A stretch of DNA of 64,000 nt from Candidatus Tayloriibacteriota bacterium (GTDB lineage: Bacteria > Patescibacteriota > Minisyncoccia > Phycocordibacterales > HO2-43-120), in assembly GCA_039934295.1 (NCBI GenBank), contig JBDTMN010000003.1:10625-74624 (forward strand), given 5' to 3'. Within the stretch, counting starts at the first letter, position 1; every line of letters begins with the position of its first letter. Made by a program: the position numbers and the translations under genes. Positions 1 through 9,312 of the stretch are shown here, in pieces. Below the pieces are notes generated by a model. The model searched no databases. It saw only the letters and a list, made by a program, of their open reading frames with translations, and had not been told where the DNA came from.

Positions 1-818
1 CAATATCTGACAGCCGTCTCTCGGTCTGTTGAATGGTCATTACCAATAATTATTGCCGTTGTGTCTGGATGATATTTAAGAGCCGTAGCCAGTACTGCGG
101 TACTATCTATTCCGCCACTCAAATAAACGGCAACGGGTAAATCGGTTTGCGTTCTGATTTTTATCGAATGGTCAAAAAGTTCTCGAATTTTATCAACGGC
201 GATTTTCTCTGTAATATTTTCATCAATTTTTGCGTCAATCGAGAAATATTTTTTCAATTTTCCATTGTCCATCAAATGTCCGGCCGGAAAAAGATTGGCA
301 GTTTTTAGTTCCTCAAAGTCCACCAGCGATTTTATTTCAGAGGCAAAATAATAATTTTCGTTTCCATCTATTGCCCAATATAAAGGTTTCACTCCGAACG
401 AGTCTCGGGCGGCAAAGAATGTTCCATCTTTGCTGTCATAAATAAAAAACGCAAACATCCCGCTTATTTTCTCTAAAAGTTTTTCTTTCCATTCCGCGTA
501 GCCGTTCACTAGCACCTCAGTATCTGAATCAGTAGAGAACGAATAGCCTATTTCTTTTAGCTCTTTTTGTAAATCCTTAAAGTTATAAATCTCTCCATTA
601 AAAACAATGTGGTATCTACCGTCCGACGAAGAAATCGGTTGTTTCCCTTTTTCCCGATCAACAATAGCGAGGCGATTCATTCCGAGAACGCAGACTCCAA
701 AATCCGCACTTTCGTTGAAGTATTTTTGTTCTCCGCGATGAGCAATTGGCGCCAGCATTGCTTTAAGCCGACCACTCTCCTGCTTTTTTTTTCCGATGAT
801 TGCTGCTATTCCGCACAT
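1..818 (-). CDS. asnB: Asparagine synthase (glutamine-hydrolysing), 3' end outside window
   Basis: Manual translation from ATG 818: MCGIAAIIG...IAHRG...RLAIVD...QP...VFNGEIYNF...SDTEVL...GMFAF...ARDSFGVKPLY, the Ntn glutamine amidotransferase signature of AsnB. Not in the ORF track because it runs off the edge. Confidence 0.9.
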   Translation of the reverse strand, partial: MCGIAAIIGKKKQESGRLKAMLAPIAHRGEQKYFNESADFGVCVLGMNRLAIVDREKGKQPISSSDGRYHIVFNGEIYNFKDLQKELKEIGYSFSTDSDTEVLVNGYAEWKEKLLEKISGMFAFFIYDSKDGTFFAARDSFGVKPLYWAIDGNENYYFASEIKSLVDFEELKTANLFPAGHLMDNGKLKKYFSIDAKIDENITEKIAVDKIRELFDHSIKIRTQTDLPVAVYLSGGIDSTAVLATALKYHPDTTAIIIGNDHSTDRETAVRY

Positions 819-846
819 AAATGATTTCAGTTGGTTTTTATTGCTG

Positions 847-874
847 TGGGCGTGGAGAGACTCGAACTCTCAAG
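847..874 (-). pseudogene. 3' fragment (T arm plus acceptor strand) of a split tRNA-Leu
   Basis: Minus strand GAGAG-TTCGAGT-CTCTC-CACGCCC-A. CACGCCC pairs with GGGCGTG at 1675-1681. Confidence 0.8.
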
Positions 875-881
875 AAAAGTG

Positions 882-965
882 TGTCGGAGGGGGGACTTGA
901 ACCCCCATGAGCGTGAGCTCACAGCGCCCTGAACGCTGCGTGTCTGCCAATTTCACCACTCCGAC
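882..965 (-). tRNA. tRNA-Leu(CAG)
   Basis: Acceptor GTCGGAG/CTCCGAC-A, D arm GTGAAATTGGCAGACAC, anticodon arm CAGCG-TTCAGGG-CGCTG, long variable arm, T arm GGGGG-TTCAAGT-CCCCC. Confidence 0.93.
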
Positions 966-1617
966 GAAACTTTATCTCCTCCAAAGACCTCATTATTTTA
1001 AGTCTTTTTCGTTCTAAACATACTACTGCTTTACGATAATACATCTTTTTTGCGATAATTTCTGCCTCTCGTTTGGAAAACTTAAGTTGAACATTTGTAG
1101 AATCTCGTTTTCTACTTATGAAGCCGTGCAAACTTGCATATGTATTCAATCGCCCTCTTAACCAGCAAAAATATTTTTCGCTGCCAGAGGCAAATGAAAT
1201 ATAGAAGCGAAAGCTATCTTTCCATACTGGATCATAATATGAGTAACTACATCCGTCCCCATCAAAATAGCCACGGAGGAAATCAAAAAAATATTTCTTA
1301 GGAACCAGTATAGCAGATAAAATCTTCGACTTTGCGGGCATCAGACCAATTTTCAAAAGAAATCTATAGAATAAGACGTCACTAAATTGTATATAATAGG
1401 ACAAGTTTCCTTCCCCAGACAATTTTTTGCAAATCTTCATTTTAATTCCAAGACAGGCATTGAAAGCTGAGAGCAGTTCCTTGTCTTTAGAAGTTAGTAC
1501 AATATGCCTGCCATCTTTTGAAAGACATCCATCAGAAACTATTAACCCTATCGCGTAGGCAAAATTAGAGGACCATTTGATAAAAACACTACCTTTAGGT
1601 TTTGGTCCACTTTTCAT
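919..1617 (-). CDS. Two-motif LAGLIDADG homing endonuclease; C-terminus is encoded within tRNA-Leu(CAG)
   Basis: Motifs FAYAIGLIVSDGCL and FLRGYFDGDGCS. The last residues RRSGEIGRHAAFRAL read through the tRNA 5' half. Confidence 0.85.
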   Translation of the reverse strand: MKSGPKPKGSVFIKWSSNFAYAIGLIVSDGCLSKDGRHIVLTSKDKELLSAFNACLGIKMKICKKLSGEGNLSYYIQFSDVLFYRFLLKIGLMPAKSKILSAILVPKKYFFDFLRGYFDGDGCSYSYYDPVWKDSFRFYISFASGSEKYFCWLRGRLNTYASLHGFISRKRDSTNVQLKFSKREAEIIAKKMYYRKAVVCLERKRLKIMRSLEEIKFRRSGEIGRHAAFRAL

Positions 1618-1624
1618 TCATTCA

Positions 1625-1653
1625 ATTATAGCAACTAAATAACACTGAAACAA
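1625..1653 (-). promoter_or_regulatory. Sigma70-type promoter for the endonuclease/tRNA cassette
   Basis: TTGTTT-17 nt-TATAAT with extended -10 TG; ATG is 7 nt after the -10 box. Confidence 0.6.
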
Positions 1654-1655
1654 TA

Positions 1656-1681
1656 GCGTATACCAATTCCGCCACACGCCC
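1656..1681 (-). pseudogene. 5' fragment (acceptor strand plus D arm) of a split tRNA-Leu
   Basis: GGGCGTG-TG-GCGGAATTGGTATACGC is a typical Leu D arm. No anticodon stem follows. Confidence 0.8.
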
Positions 1682-1690
1682 AAAATATTT

Positions 1691-2251
1691 TCACTTCAAC
1701 CCCTTACAATTCGCCGCGGGGGTATAGCCGGCTTTCCGAGCCTCTTCGACGGACGCAAACCAGATTTTATTTTCTTCTTTGATTCTCTGCGCTCCCGAGC
1801 ACCAAGGGAAATGGTATTTGTCCCCGCTCTTCGCTCCCACGAGCATGCCCGCTTGGGGCACTGCTTTGGGTATTGCCGAGACAACCGCCGCACTCAAATT
1901 TGCATTCACCACTCCCTGGGGAGATGCGACAGGAGAAGACGCGGGTGCCTCCGGAGAGGGTTGCGGTGAAGGAGTTGCGACGGCTGTTTCGGAATTGAGA
2001 ATACGAACCGGCGCTCTCCCGCTTTCAATTTTAGAAAGCTGGCCTAAGCCATACGAGCCCGTGCCCACCAAAAAAATAATCCCGATAGTTAAAATATCTT
2101 TCCTGTTCTCGCTCCAAAATTTCCCTCCCGCATTCACGCCTCGGGAAGCCCCGTCTTTAGGGTAATACTTCTCGACTTCATCATACGAAATCTCCTCAAA
2201 TTCAGTATCTGACTCGGACTTGTTTTTTTCTCGCTCTTTTGATATGCTCAT
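1691..2251 (-). CDS. Membrane-anchored protein with C-terminal Ada-type metal-binding domain
   Basis: One TM helix, a Pro/Ser linker, and KYHFPWCSGA...WFASVEEARKAGYTPAANC. Confidence 0.7.
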   Translation of the reverse strand: MSISKEREKNKSESDTEFEEISYDEVEKYYPKDGASRGVNAGGKFWSENRKDILTIGIIFLVGTGSYGLGQLSKIESGRAPVRILNSETAVATPSPQPSPEAPASSPVASPQGVVNANLSAAVVSAIPKAVPQAGMLVGAKSGDKYHFPWCSGAQRIKEENKIWFASVEEARKAGYTPAANCKGLK

Positions 2252-2352
2252 TGTTCACAGTATAGATGGAATGTCTCAAGATTTCAATCGATTTCATATC
2301 TTGTCTTTCCTAGCACCTGACACCTTAAACCTAACACCTTACACCTACCCAT

Positions 2353-2625
2353 ATGGCCACCAAAAAAGCCGGCGGATCAGCCAAAAACCTAACAGATTCA
2401 AATGCTCAATATCTGGGCATCAAGCTCTATGGAGGCGAAGTCGCCCAAATAGGCTCTATCATCGTGCGCCAGCGCGGGACTCGAATCATGCCAGGTAAAA
2501 ACGTCGGCATAGGAAAAGACCATACTCTTTTTGCCCTTAAAGAAGGAAAAGTTGAATTCGGCTCAAAAAGAAAAGTGGGATTCAATAACAAGACTCAAGT
2601 CAAGAAAGTCGTTCATGTAAAATAA
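2353..2625 (+). CDS. rpmA: 50S ribosomal protein L27
   Basis: MATKKAGGS...[10 protein letters not shown]...IIVRQRGT...GKDHTLFA. Confidence 0.97.
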   Translation: MATKKAGGSAKNLTDSNAQYLGIKLYGGEVAQIGSIIVRQRGTRIMPGKNVGIGKDHTLFALKEGKVEFGSKRKVGFNNKTQVKKVVHVK

Positions 2626-2664
2626 CGCCCTCCTAAATCATCCGCTCAAAGCGGATGATCGGAC

Positions 2665-2774
2665 GAACAAAATCCCGTTTCTACGGGATTTTGTTTTAGA
2701 CAAGGCTTTTTCCCGAGAGATACTCACTCTAACGTCAAAAGAATCGTCCGCCTAGGCGGACGATTCTTTTTTTT
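2665..2774. terminator. Hairpin terminators between convergent rpmA and rplI
   Basis: AACAAAATCCCG-TTTCTA-CGGGATTTTGTT and AAAAGAATCGTCCGCC-TA-GGCGGACGATTCTTTT. Confidence 0.6.
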
Positions 2775-2776
2775 GA

Positions 2777-3220
2777 TTACTCTGCGACAACCTTTAGATT
2801 TATCTTAATATTTTTCTCTCCCGCCTTCACTTCAATCGTATGATCCCCCAGCTCTTTGATGGGCTTGTCATAGATGAGGCGCTCGGGGACAATCTCTACT
2901 CCCGCGCGCTCTTTGAGAAGCAAGACGATTTCGTCTTTGTGAATCGATGCGAACAGATGTCCTTTTTCACTCGCCTTTCGTTTCATTTCTAACGTCATTC
3001 CTTGAATCGCTTCCAAACTTCCCGCAATTTTCTCTTCCGTTTTCTTTTTTCTCTCCGTGTCTTCCGCTTTTTCTTTCTCAATTTTTTTAATTGCGGAAGG
3101 GGTCGCCACTTGAACAAACCCTTTCGGAATCAGAAAATTCAAAGCGTGCCCCGAAGACACCTCTTTTATATCAAATTTTTTACCGAGCTTCGGAACATCC
3201 GATAGTAGAATTACTTTCAT
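2777..3220 (-). CDS. rplI: 50S ribosomal protein L9
   Basis: MKVILLSDVPKLGKKFDIKEVSSGHALNFLIPKG...PIKELGDH. Start moved to ATG 3220. Confidence 0.95.
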   Translation of the reverse strand: MKVILLSDVPKLGKKFDIKEVSSGHALNFLIPKGFVQVATPSAIKKIEKEKAEDTERKKKTEEKIAGSLEAIQGMTLEMKRKASEKGHLFASIHKDEIVLLLKERAGVEIVPERLIYDKPIKELGDHTIEVKAGEKNIKINLKVVAE

Positions 3221-3226
3221 TTTTGT

Positions 3227-3310
3227 GCGATGCAAATCAACGAATACATGCGAATCTGCGAATGAGAAATTTCATTCGTATCATTCGCACAATTCGTATA
3301 TTCGCATCGT
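3227..3310. repeat. Intergenic imperfect palindrome of CGAAT/ATTCG units (family E)
   Basis: Ends in ATTCGTATATTCGCATCGT; related copy at about 46170-46238. Confidence 0.6.
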
Positions 3311-3314
3311 GTTG

Positions 3315-4529
3315 TTATTTCAATAGTTCCACCGCCTTATCCATCTGCAGATCTTTGTCCGCCTTGATATCGTCTTCAGACATTTTCACTTCATAGTCCG
3401 GCGTGAGTCCTCCCTCTGAAATCGATTTTCCGTTAGGGGTAAGCCACTTGGCAATCGTAATCTTCAAATTTGTGTCGGGAGTAATTTTGACCAGCTCCTG
3501 CACAGAGCCTTTGCCGAACGTTTTCGTGCCTACAAGCTTGGCAATGCCATGTTCCTGTAGCGCTCCTGCGAGAATCTCCGAGGCCGAAGCCGAACCCTCA
3601 TCGACAAGCACAATCATCTTGAATGTGTTCCCGAACGTGTACCTGCCGTCGCTTCGGTATATATTTTCTTCCTGCTTTCCGCCAAAATCTTCTCTCACTA
3701 TCACCTTGCCTTTCGGCACAAACCAGCTTGCCATATCCACCGAAGCATCCAAATATCCGCCGGGATTTCCCCGAAGATCAAGAATGAGCTTGTTACTTTT
3801 CGTTTTAACAAAATCAGAAATTGCCTTATTGAACAAATTCGGCGAGACTGCGGAGAAATTGTAGAGCTGTATCACATAGATGCCGTCCTTGCGCAATTCC
3901 TTATCAATCGTTGGAATGGTAATCACATCCCGCATTACTTTCACCTCAAATGAGCCACTCTTGCCTTCGCGGATAAGGGTGAGCGTCACAGCTGTTCCCT
4001 TCGGCCCCCGAATCAATAGCACTGCTTTGTCCACGCTCAAGTCCGAAGCGACGGTATCATCGATTTTGATAATTTTGTCTCCAGCTTTTATTCCAGCTTT
4101 TTCAGCAGGGTTGCCTTTCAGAGGAGCGATGACGGTGAGCATTTCGTCTCGGATTCCGACTTCCATTCCCACTCCTTCAAAATTTCCGCTAATTTCGGTC
4201 TCGAAAGATTTTGCCTCTTCGGGTGGCATGAAAACAGTGTACGGGTCTCCCAAAGATTTCGCCAAGCCGGAAATCGCTCCCCAGACTTTTTCCTGGTCGG
4301 TGACTTTGTTCGGGGTCACATATTTCTCATTGATTACGTCCCACACTTTCCAAAAAGGCGCAAAATCAGCGGAAGTGGTGGAGGCAAGAGCTTGTTTTCC
4401 TGATAGTGAAAATAGGGAGTCTATTGGGGAATAATTGGCATGTCCAGCATACACCCCGCCCATAAAAGCGGCGCCGGTCAAAACCGCTACCGAAATAATG
4501 AGATACCGTGTCTGCTTAAATAGGTTCAT
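3315..4529 (-). CDS. ctpA: Carboxyl-terminal processing protease (S41A, PDZ)
   Basis: LDLRGNPGG, GSASASEI, TFGKGSVQ, PDZ segment, N-terminal TM. Confidence 0.92.
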   Translation of the reverse strand: MNLFKQTRYLIISVAVLTGAAFMGGVYAGHANYSPIDSLFSLSGKQALASTTSADFAPFWKVWDVINEKYVTPNKVTDQEKVWGAISGLAKSLGDPYTVFMPPEEAKSFETEISGNFEGVGMEVGIRDEMLTVIAPLKGNPAEKAGIKAGDKIIKIDDTVASDLSVDKAVLLIRGPKGTAVTLTLIREGKSGSFEVKVMRDVITIPTIDKELRKDGIYVIQLYNFSAVSPNLFNKAISDFVKTKSNKLILDLRGNPGGYLDASVDMASWFVPKGKVIVREDFGGKQEENIYRSDGRYTFGNTFKMIVLVDEGSASASEILAGALQEHGIAKLVGTKTFGKGSVQELVKITPDTNLKITIAKWLTPNGKSISEGGLTPDYEVKMSEDDIKADKDLQMDKAVELLK

Positions 4530-4748
4530 GTCGTCATTATTGCAAAAATAAGTCTGGCGGTCAAATATCGTTCGAATTTTCTTTTTAAAAGCACGTATAA
4601 AATTCTGCTGAATTTTTACTCCGCTCGGCTCGTGCCGATGGGATAGGCATCGGCACCTGTAGACGGCACCCTGCGCAAGGCTTTAAAAAAGAAAATTCTC
4701 ACTCTTACGGTTGGGTCAAACTTGCAAGAAAGGAGTGAGCGCTTGGCA

Positions 4749-4812
4749 GGTAACGCGTATAGTAAGAGGGAGGAATATTTTCAGACGTTACACGTTACAC
4801 GTTTTGCGTTAT
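4749..4812. repeat. GTAACGT/ACGTTAC heptamer palindrome element (family B)
   Basis: Ends in ACGTTACACGTTACACGTTTTGCGTTA, like the copies at 55.5, 60.5, 62.4 and 63.5 kb. Confidence 0.65.
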
Positions 4813-4838
4813 ACTTTGACATACTTTACACTTTCCCT

Positions 4839-6323
4839 ATGTCCCTCTATCTCCACAACACTTTATCGGGAAAAAAAGAGCTATTCTCGCCAATAAAAAA
4901 AGGAGCGGTTTCTTTGTACTCCTGTGGGCCGACCGTCTACAACTTCGCGCACATTGGCAATCTGCGTTCGTATGTTTTTGCAGACACCTTGAGAAGAGTT
5001 TTGGAATATAACGGAAACAAGGTAAAACACGTGATGAACATAACCGACGTCGGACATCTCACGGGAGACGGAGACGACGGTGATGACAAAATGGTGAAAG
5101 CCCTGAAGCGCGAAGGCAAACCCTTCACGTTAGTGGCGATGCGAGAGATTGCCGATTTTTATGCTGAAGCGTTCAAGCAAGATCTTACGAAACTAAACAT
5201 TCAAATTCCGAAAACCTTGGAGTTTGCGAGCGACCACATCAAAGAAGATATTGAGCTCGTGAAAAAACTTGAAGAAAAAGGGTTCGCCTACAAAACAAAG
5301 GATGGAATATATTTTGACACCGGCAAATTTCCTTCCTACGGCAAGCTCGGCAACATCAATCTCGAGGGACAGAAAGCCGGCGCGCGAGTTGCCGTCAATC
5401 CGGAAAAGAAAAATCCTGCCGATTTTTCTCTTTGGAAATTCGGCACGCACGGAATTGGGACTATTCCAAACAATAAGAACGTCTTAGGCTGGGAGAGCCC
5501 TTGGGGCGTGGGTTTTCCCGGTTGGCATATCGAGTGCTCCGCCATGTCTAGTCACTATTTTGGTCAACCTTTTGATATCCATACTGGAGGTATCGACCAT
5601 ATTCCAGTTCACCACAACAACGAGATTGCCCAATCAGAAGCCGCGTATGGTGTGCCCCTCGCTCATTATTGGCTTCACAATGCTTTCTTGAATGTCACAT
5701 CGGGCCCGGCCGTCGCCAAAAGCTCTGGCGAGGTAAAAAAAATGGCGAAATCTGGGGAAAATTTTTTGACCCTGAAAAAAATGCAAGATGAGCACGATAT
5801 TAGTCCGCTCGCCTATCGCTTCTGGTTGCTTACCGCTCATTACCGAAAAGGAATAGAGTGGAGCGCGGAAGCGGTCAAGGCCTCGCAGGTTTTTTATGAA
5901 AAAATTCTTAATTTTTATCTTTCATTACAAGCCATCAAAAAAGGAAAAGCTGACGCTGATTTGCAAAAGAAATTTGAGACAGCGATAAATGACGACATGA
6001 ATACCGCAGAAGCAATCGCGCTTATCCCAAAATTGATTTCTTCGACCTCAATCGCGCCAGAAGACAAAAAAGCCACACTCGAAGATTTCGACAGGGTGCT
6101 CGGACTCAATTTAAAAAATGAGATGCGTAAGGAAGTGGTTCTTCCGTCAGATGTCGAGAAGCTGAAAGAGGAAAGAGAGCTCGCCAGAAAAAACAAAGAT
6201 TGGAAAAACGCCGATATGTTGAGGGGAAAAATTGAGGCGTTAGGATTTTCCGTAATCGATGTCGAAGAAGGTTCGATAATGAAAAAGAAAGCTACTTCCT
6301 CGAAACCAAAATTGATTCGGTAA
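4839..6323 (+). CDS. cysS: Cysteine--tRNA ligase
   Basis: CGPTVY, HIGN, PGWHIECSAM, HHNNEIAQ, KMAKS. Likely start is ATG 4839 (MSLYLHNTLSG). Confidence 0.96.
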   Translation: MSLYLHNTLSGKKELFSPIKKGAVSLYSCGPTVYNFAHIGNLRSYVFADTLRRVLEYNGNKVKHVMNITDVGHLTGDGDDGDDKMVKALKREGKPFTLVAMREIADFYAEAFKQDLTKLNIQIPKTLEFASDHIKEDIELVKKLEEKGFAYKTKDGIYFDTGKFPSYGKLGNINLEGQKAGARVAVNPEKKNPADFSLWKFGTHGIGTIPNNKNVLGWESPWGVGFPGWHIECSAMSSHYFGQPFDIHTGGIDHIPVHHNNEIAQSEAAYGVPLAHYWLHNAFLNVTSGPAVAKSSGEVKKMAKSGENFLTLKKMQDEHDISPLAYRFWLLTAHYRKGIEWSAEAVKASQVFYEKILNFYLSLQAIKKGKADADLQKKFETAINDDMNTAEAIALIPKLISSTSIAPEDKKATLEDFDRVLGLNLKNEMRKEVVLPSDVEKLKEERELARKNKDWKNADMLRGKIEALGFSVIDVEEGSIMKKKATSSKPKLIR

Positions 6324-6990
6324 TAATAAGATCTGCGGGCGAAGTTACAGGAATCCAAAAATCAGTTTCGACAATTTGGACAGGAAACTTCTTCGCAAGA
6401 AGTGCGACAGTTTGTGGCAGTCCCCATTCCGACCGCCCGGGCAACTTCACGAGCTTATATTCAAAAAAGGGCCGAGAAAGCACGTAGACGCCGGCATTAA
6501 TGAGATTCAACTTCCTGTCTTCGGTCGTTTGATTGCTGTCCTCGATGATATTTTTTAGCTTCCCTTCGGCATTTAAAACAATTCTTGCTCCCTGCTCGTT
6601 TTTCGATTTTCTCCTTTTTGCCAGCAATGCCCAGTCGTATAAAAGACATTTTTCCAAATCTTCCTTCGCGTATATATCATCTCCGTTCATCACCATAAAT
6701 TTTTTCTGGAGCAGATTTTTTGCTTCCCATAAAGCCCTCCCCGTTCCTTCCAATTTTTCCTGCACAACATATTGAATTTTTCTACCTAGAAACGAGTCGC
6801 CAAAATGCGCTCGAATCTGGTCTCCTTTGTAGCCGATGACAAAAATAATCTCCGTTACAGAATCGGGCAGTCTTTCAATTTTGTACTCGAGCAAATTTTT
6901 ATCACCGATTTTGAGCATCGGTTTCGGCGTTCCTTCCGTCAAATGATTCATCCTTGTGCCTCTGCCCGCAGCTAGTATTACAACTTGCAT
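6292..6990 (-). CDS. Sugar-phosphate nucleotidyltransferase (GlmU N-terminal-like)
   Basis: VILAAGRGTRM, PKPML, LEGTG, NGDD. Confidence 0.85.
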   Translation of the reverse strand: MQVVILAAGRGTRMNHLTEGTPKPMLKIGDKNLLEYKIERLPDSVTEIIFVIGYKGDQIRAHFGDSFLGRKIQYVVQEKLEGTGRALWEAKNLLQKKFMVMNGDDIYAKEDLEKCLLYDWALLAKRRKSKNEQGARIVLNAEGKLKNIIEDSNQTTEDRKLNLINAGVYVLSRPFFEYKLVKLPGRSEWGLPQTVALLAKKFPVQIVETDFWIPVTSPADLIITESILVSRK

Positions 6991-7014
6991 AATCACAAAT
7001 AGTAGCAGAAAAAA

Positions 7015-7091
7015 AAGCTGTTAGCTATTAGCTTTTAGCTTTGCTTGAATCGGCAGGAAGCTGACACCTAACACCTAACAGCTAACAGCTT
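7015..7091. repeat. TTAGCT/AGCTAA heptamer palindrome element (family A)
   Basis: AGCTGTTAGCTATTAGCTTTTAGCT...AGCTGACACCTAACACCTAACAGCTAACAGCT. Confidence 0.65.
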
Positions 7092-7169
7092 CCCCTATCC
7101 CCACCTTACACACAGCTTATAAAGGTTTCCAAATTGTGGCACCTCGCGTGGCTGTGTTAAAATGCGTGA

Positions 7170-8552
7170 ATGGCGAACAGAAATGTAAAATCTCCTCTTC
7201 GAATTCCGCCTCAAAATATTGATTCCGAAAAAGCTCTTTTGGGTTCGATTATGTTGCGCCCTGAATCGATCAATGAAATTATTGACTTCATTCAGGACAG
7301 TTGTTTTTACGCCGAAAAGCATCGCATCATATTTCAAACAATGTTCGATCTCTTCCAGAAAAGCATACCGATTGACCTTCTCTCCATGTCTGCGCGATTG
7401 GGAGAAAACGGGAGACTCGAGAGCATCGGCGGAGCGAGCTACCTCGGAGAGCTCGTGAACTTCGTCCCCTCTTCGGCAAACATAAAGCATTACGCCGACA
7501 TCGTCCGCACCAAGTACATGATGCGCAATCTTATAGAGGCTTCCGACTACATTTCTTATTTGGGCTACGATGAAGCAACAGACCTCGAAGAGCTTCTTGA
7601 AAAAGCCGAGAAAAAGATTTATGAAGTCACCAATTATAGCGGAGCAAACAAATTCATCGCCTTGAAAGACGCCCTCGGAGAAGCGTGGGAGAGGCTTGAC
7701 CGTCTGCACAAATCGAAAGACGAGATGCGGGGAATCCCTACCGGATTCAAAGAGCTCGACAACAAGCTCGCGGGCTTTCAAAAATCCGATTTGATTATTC
7801 TTGCGGCACGGCCTAGTATGGGAAAGACTTCGCTCGCCCTAGACATTGCGAGACAAACAGCGATTTTACACAATACTCCAGTGTGTATCTTCTCTCTCGA
7901 GATGAGCTCGCAACAGCTCGTGGACCGAATGCTTGCCGCGGAGAGCCGGGTGGACGCGTGGAAGCTTCGCACGGGGAAACTCAACATCGAGTCTGAATTC
8001 GATAAAATCCGCGACTCGCTCGAGAAACTTTCCAAAGCGCCGATTTACATTGACGACCTTCCCGGCAATAACATTTTGAAGATGCGCTCGGTGGCAAGAC
8101 GCCTGAAAGCAGAGAAAGGTCTCGGGCTCGTGGTAGTCGATTATCTTCAACTCATGATGCCTACGAATTCGAGAAACAGTGACAACCTCGTCCAGCAGGT
8201 TACAGAAATTTCGAGGTCTTTGAAAAACATGGCGCGAGAACTTGATGTTCCCGTCCTTGCTCTCTCCCAGCTCTCCCGCGCGGTGGAACAAAGGGGCGGG
8301 TCGGGTCGGCCGAAACTTTCCGACCTTCGTGATTCGGGATCCATCGAACAAGATGCCGACGTCGTCATGTTCATTCACCGCGAAGATAAATACAACGAAA
8401 ATTCCGGAAAGCCCAATATCGCGCAGATACACATCGAAAAGCACCGAAATGGCCCGACGGGCTCGGTCGAGCTGTATTTCGACGATAAAAAAGCGACATT
8501 CTTGAGCATCGAGAAAGCGGAATTTGGAGAATTGTCGAATGATACGTTTTAA
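7170..8552 (+). CDS. dnaB: Replicative DNA helicase
   Basis: PPQNIDSE, AARPSMGKT, FSLEMS, DYLQL, LSQLSR, DLRDSGSIEQDAD, KHRNG. Confidence 0.97.
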   Translation: MANRNVKSPLRIPPQNIDSEKALLGSIMLRPESINEIIDFIQDSCFYAEKHRIIFQTMFDLFQKSIPIDLLSMSARLGENGRLESIGGASYLGELVNFVPSSANIKHYADIVRTKYMMRNLIEASDYISYLGYDEATDLEELLEKAEKKIYEVTNYSGANKFIALKDALGEAWERLDRLHKSKDEMRGIPTGFKELDNKLAGFQKSDLIILAARPSMGKTSLALDIARQTAILHNTPVCIFSLEMSSQQLVDRMLAAESRVDAWKLRTGKLNIESEFDKIRDSLEKLSKAPIYIDDLPGNNILKMRSVARRLKAEKGLGLVVVDYLQLMMPTNSRNSDNLVQQVTEISRSLKNMARELDVPVLALSQLSRAVEQRGGSGRPKLSDLRDSGSIEQDADVVMFIHREDKYNENSGKPNIAQIHIEKHRNGPTGSVELYFDDKKATFLSIEKAEFGELSNDTF

Positions 8553-8554
8553 GT

Positions 8555-8680
8555 AAGCACGAAATTCGAATAGCGAAATTCGAAAAAATCCAAAAAATGA
8601 AAATGAAGAAATAATGAAATCCTCCTTGTTTTTTTAAATTTAGCTATTTTTCGGATTTCGGATTTCGTGCTTCGAATTTA
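8555..8680. repeat. CGAAATT/TTCGGAT heptamer palindrome element (family D)
   Basis: AGCACGAAATTCGAA...TTCGGATTTCGGATTTCGTGCT between dnaB and recR. Confidence 0.6.
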
Positions 8681-8688
8681 TTTAATCT

Positions 8689-9312
8689 ATGGACAGTCTA
8701 AACAAACTCATCGAACTTTTTAGACAATTTCCCGGCATTGGGCCTCGGCAGGCGCGCCGTTTTGTGTATTTTCTCCTTTCGCAGACCAATGCTTACCGAG
8801 ATCTCTTGGTCAAAAATATCCAAGAACTAAAAGATACGATTGAGATTTGCAAATCATGCTATCGGTACTTTCCTGTCGGTAAAATCCAATCCAATGAGTG
8901 CTCTATCTGCCGTGACAAGAATCGGGAAAATGGAATGCTCCTTGTTGTAAGCCGTGACGTGGACTATGAAAATATTGAAAAAAGTCGAAGTTTCGTAGGA
9001 AAATATTTTGTGTTGGGCGGTAATATTCCCATCCTTGAAAAAGAGCCAGAATCAAAAATCCGTTCTCGTGAGCTTGTCGCGCTTGTTGAAGCTCGGGCAA
9101 AAAACAAGACGCTGAAAGAGGTCATTCTTGCCCTGAATGTCACGCCGGAAGGAGAAAATACCGAAATGTTCCTGAAAAAAAGTCTCACACCTCTTTCGGA
9201 AAAATACGCTTTCAAAATATCCGAGCTCGGCCGTGGACTCTCCACAGGCCTCGAACTTGAATACTCCGACGCGGAAACCATAAAAAACGCGCTCTTAAAC
9301 AGACACTCATGA
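8689..9312 (+). CDS. recR: Recombination mediator RecR
   Basis: FPGIGPRQARR HhH, C4 zinc finger, Toprim YFVLGG...EGENT...GLELEYSD. Confidence 0.93.
   Translation: MDSLNKLIELFRQFPGIGPRQARRFVYFLLSQTNAYRDLLVKNIQELKDTIEICKSCYRYFPVGKIQSNECSICRDKNRENGMLLVVSRDVDYENIEKSRSFVGKYFVLGGNIPILEKEPESKIRSRELVALVEARAKNKTLKEVILALNVTPEGENTEMFLKKSLTPLSEKYAFKISELGRGLSTGLELEYSDAETIKNALLNRHS

Noticed and set aside
784-792. T9 tract near the asnB start as a possible frameshift
   Set aside because: Manual translation stays in frame (GKKKQESGRL).
4722-4838. N-terminal extension of CysRS in the ORF track
   Set aside because: It translates a family B repeat; the conserved start is ATG 4839. The extensions of rplI, ndk and rpsE are similar repeat read-ins.
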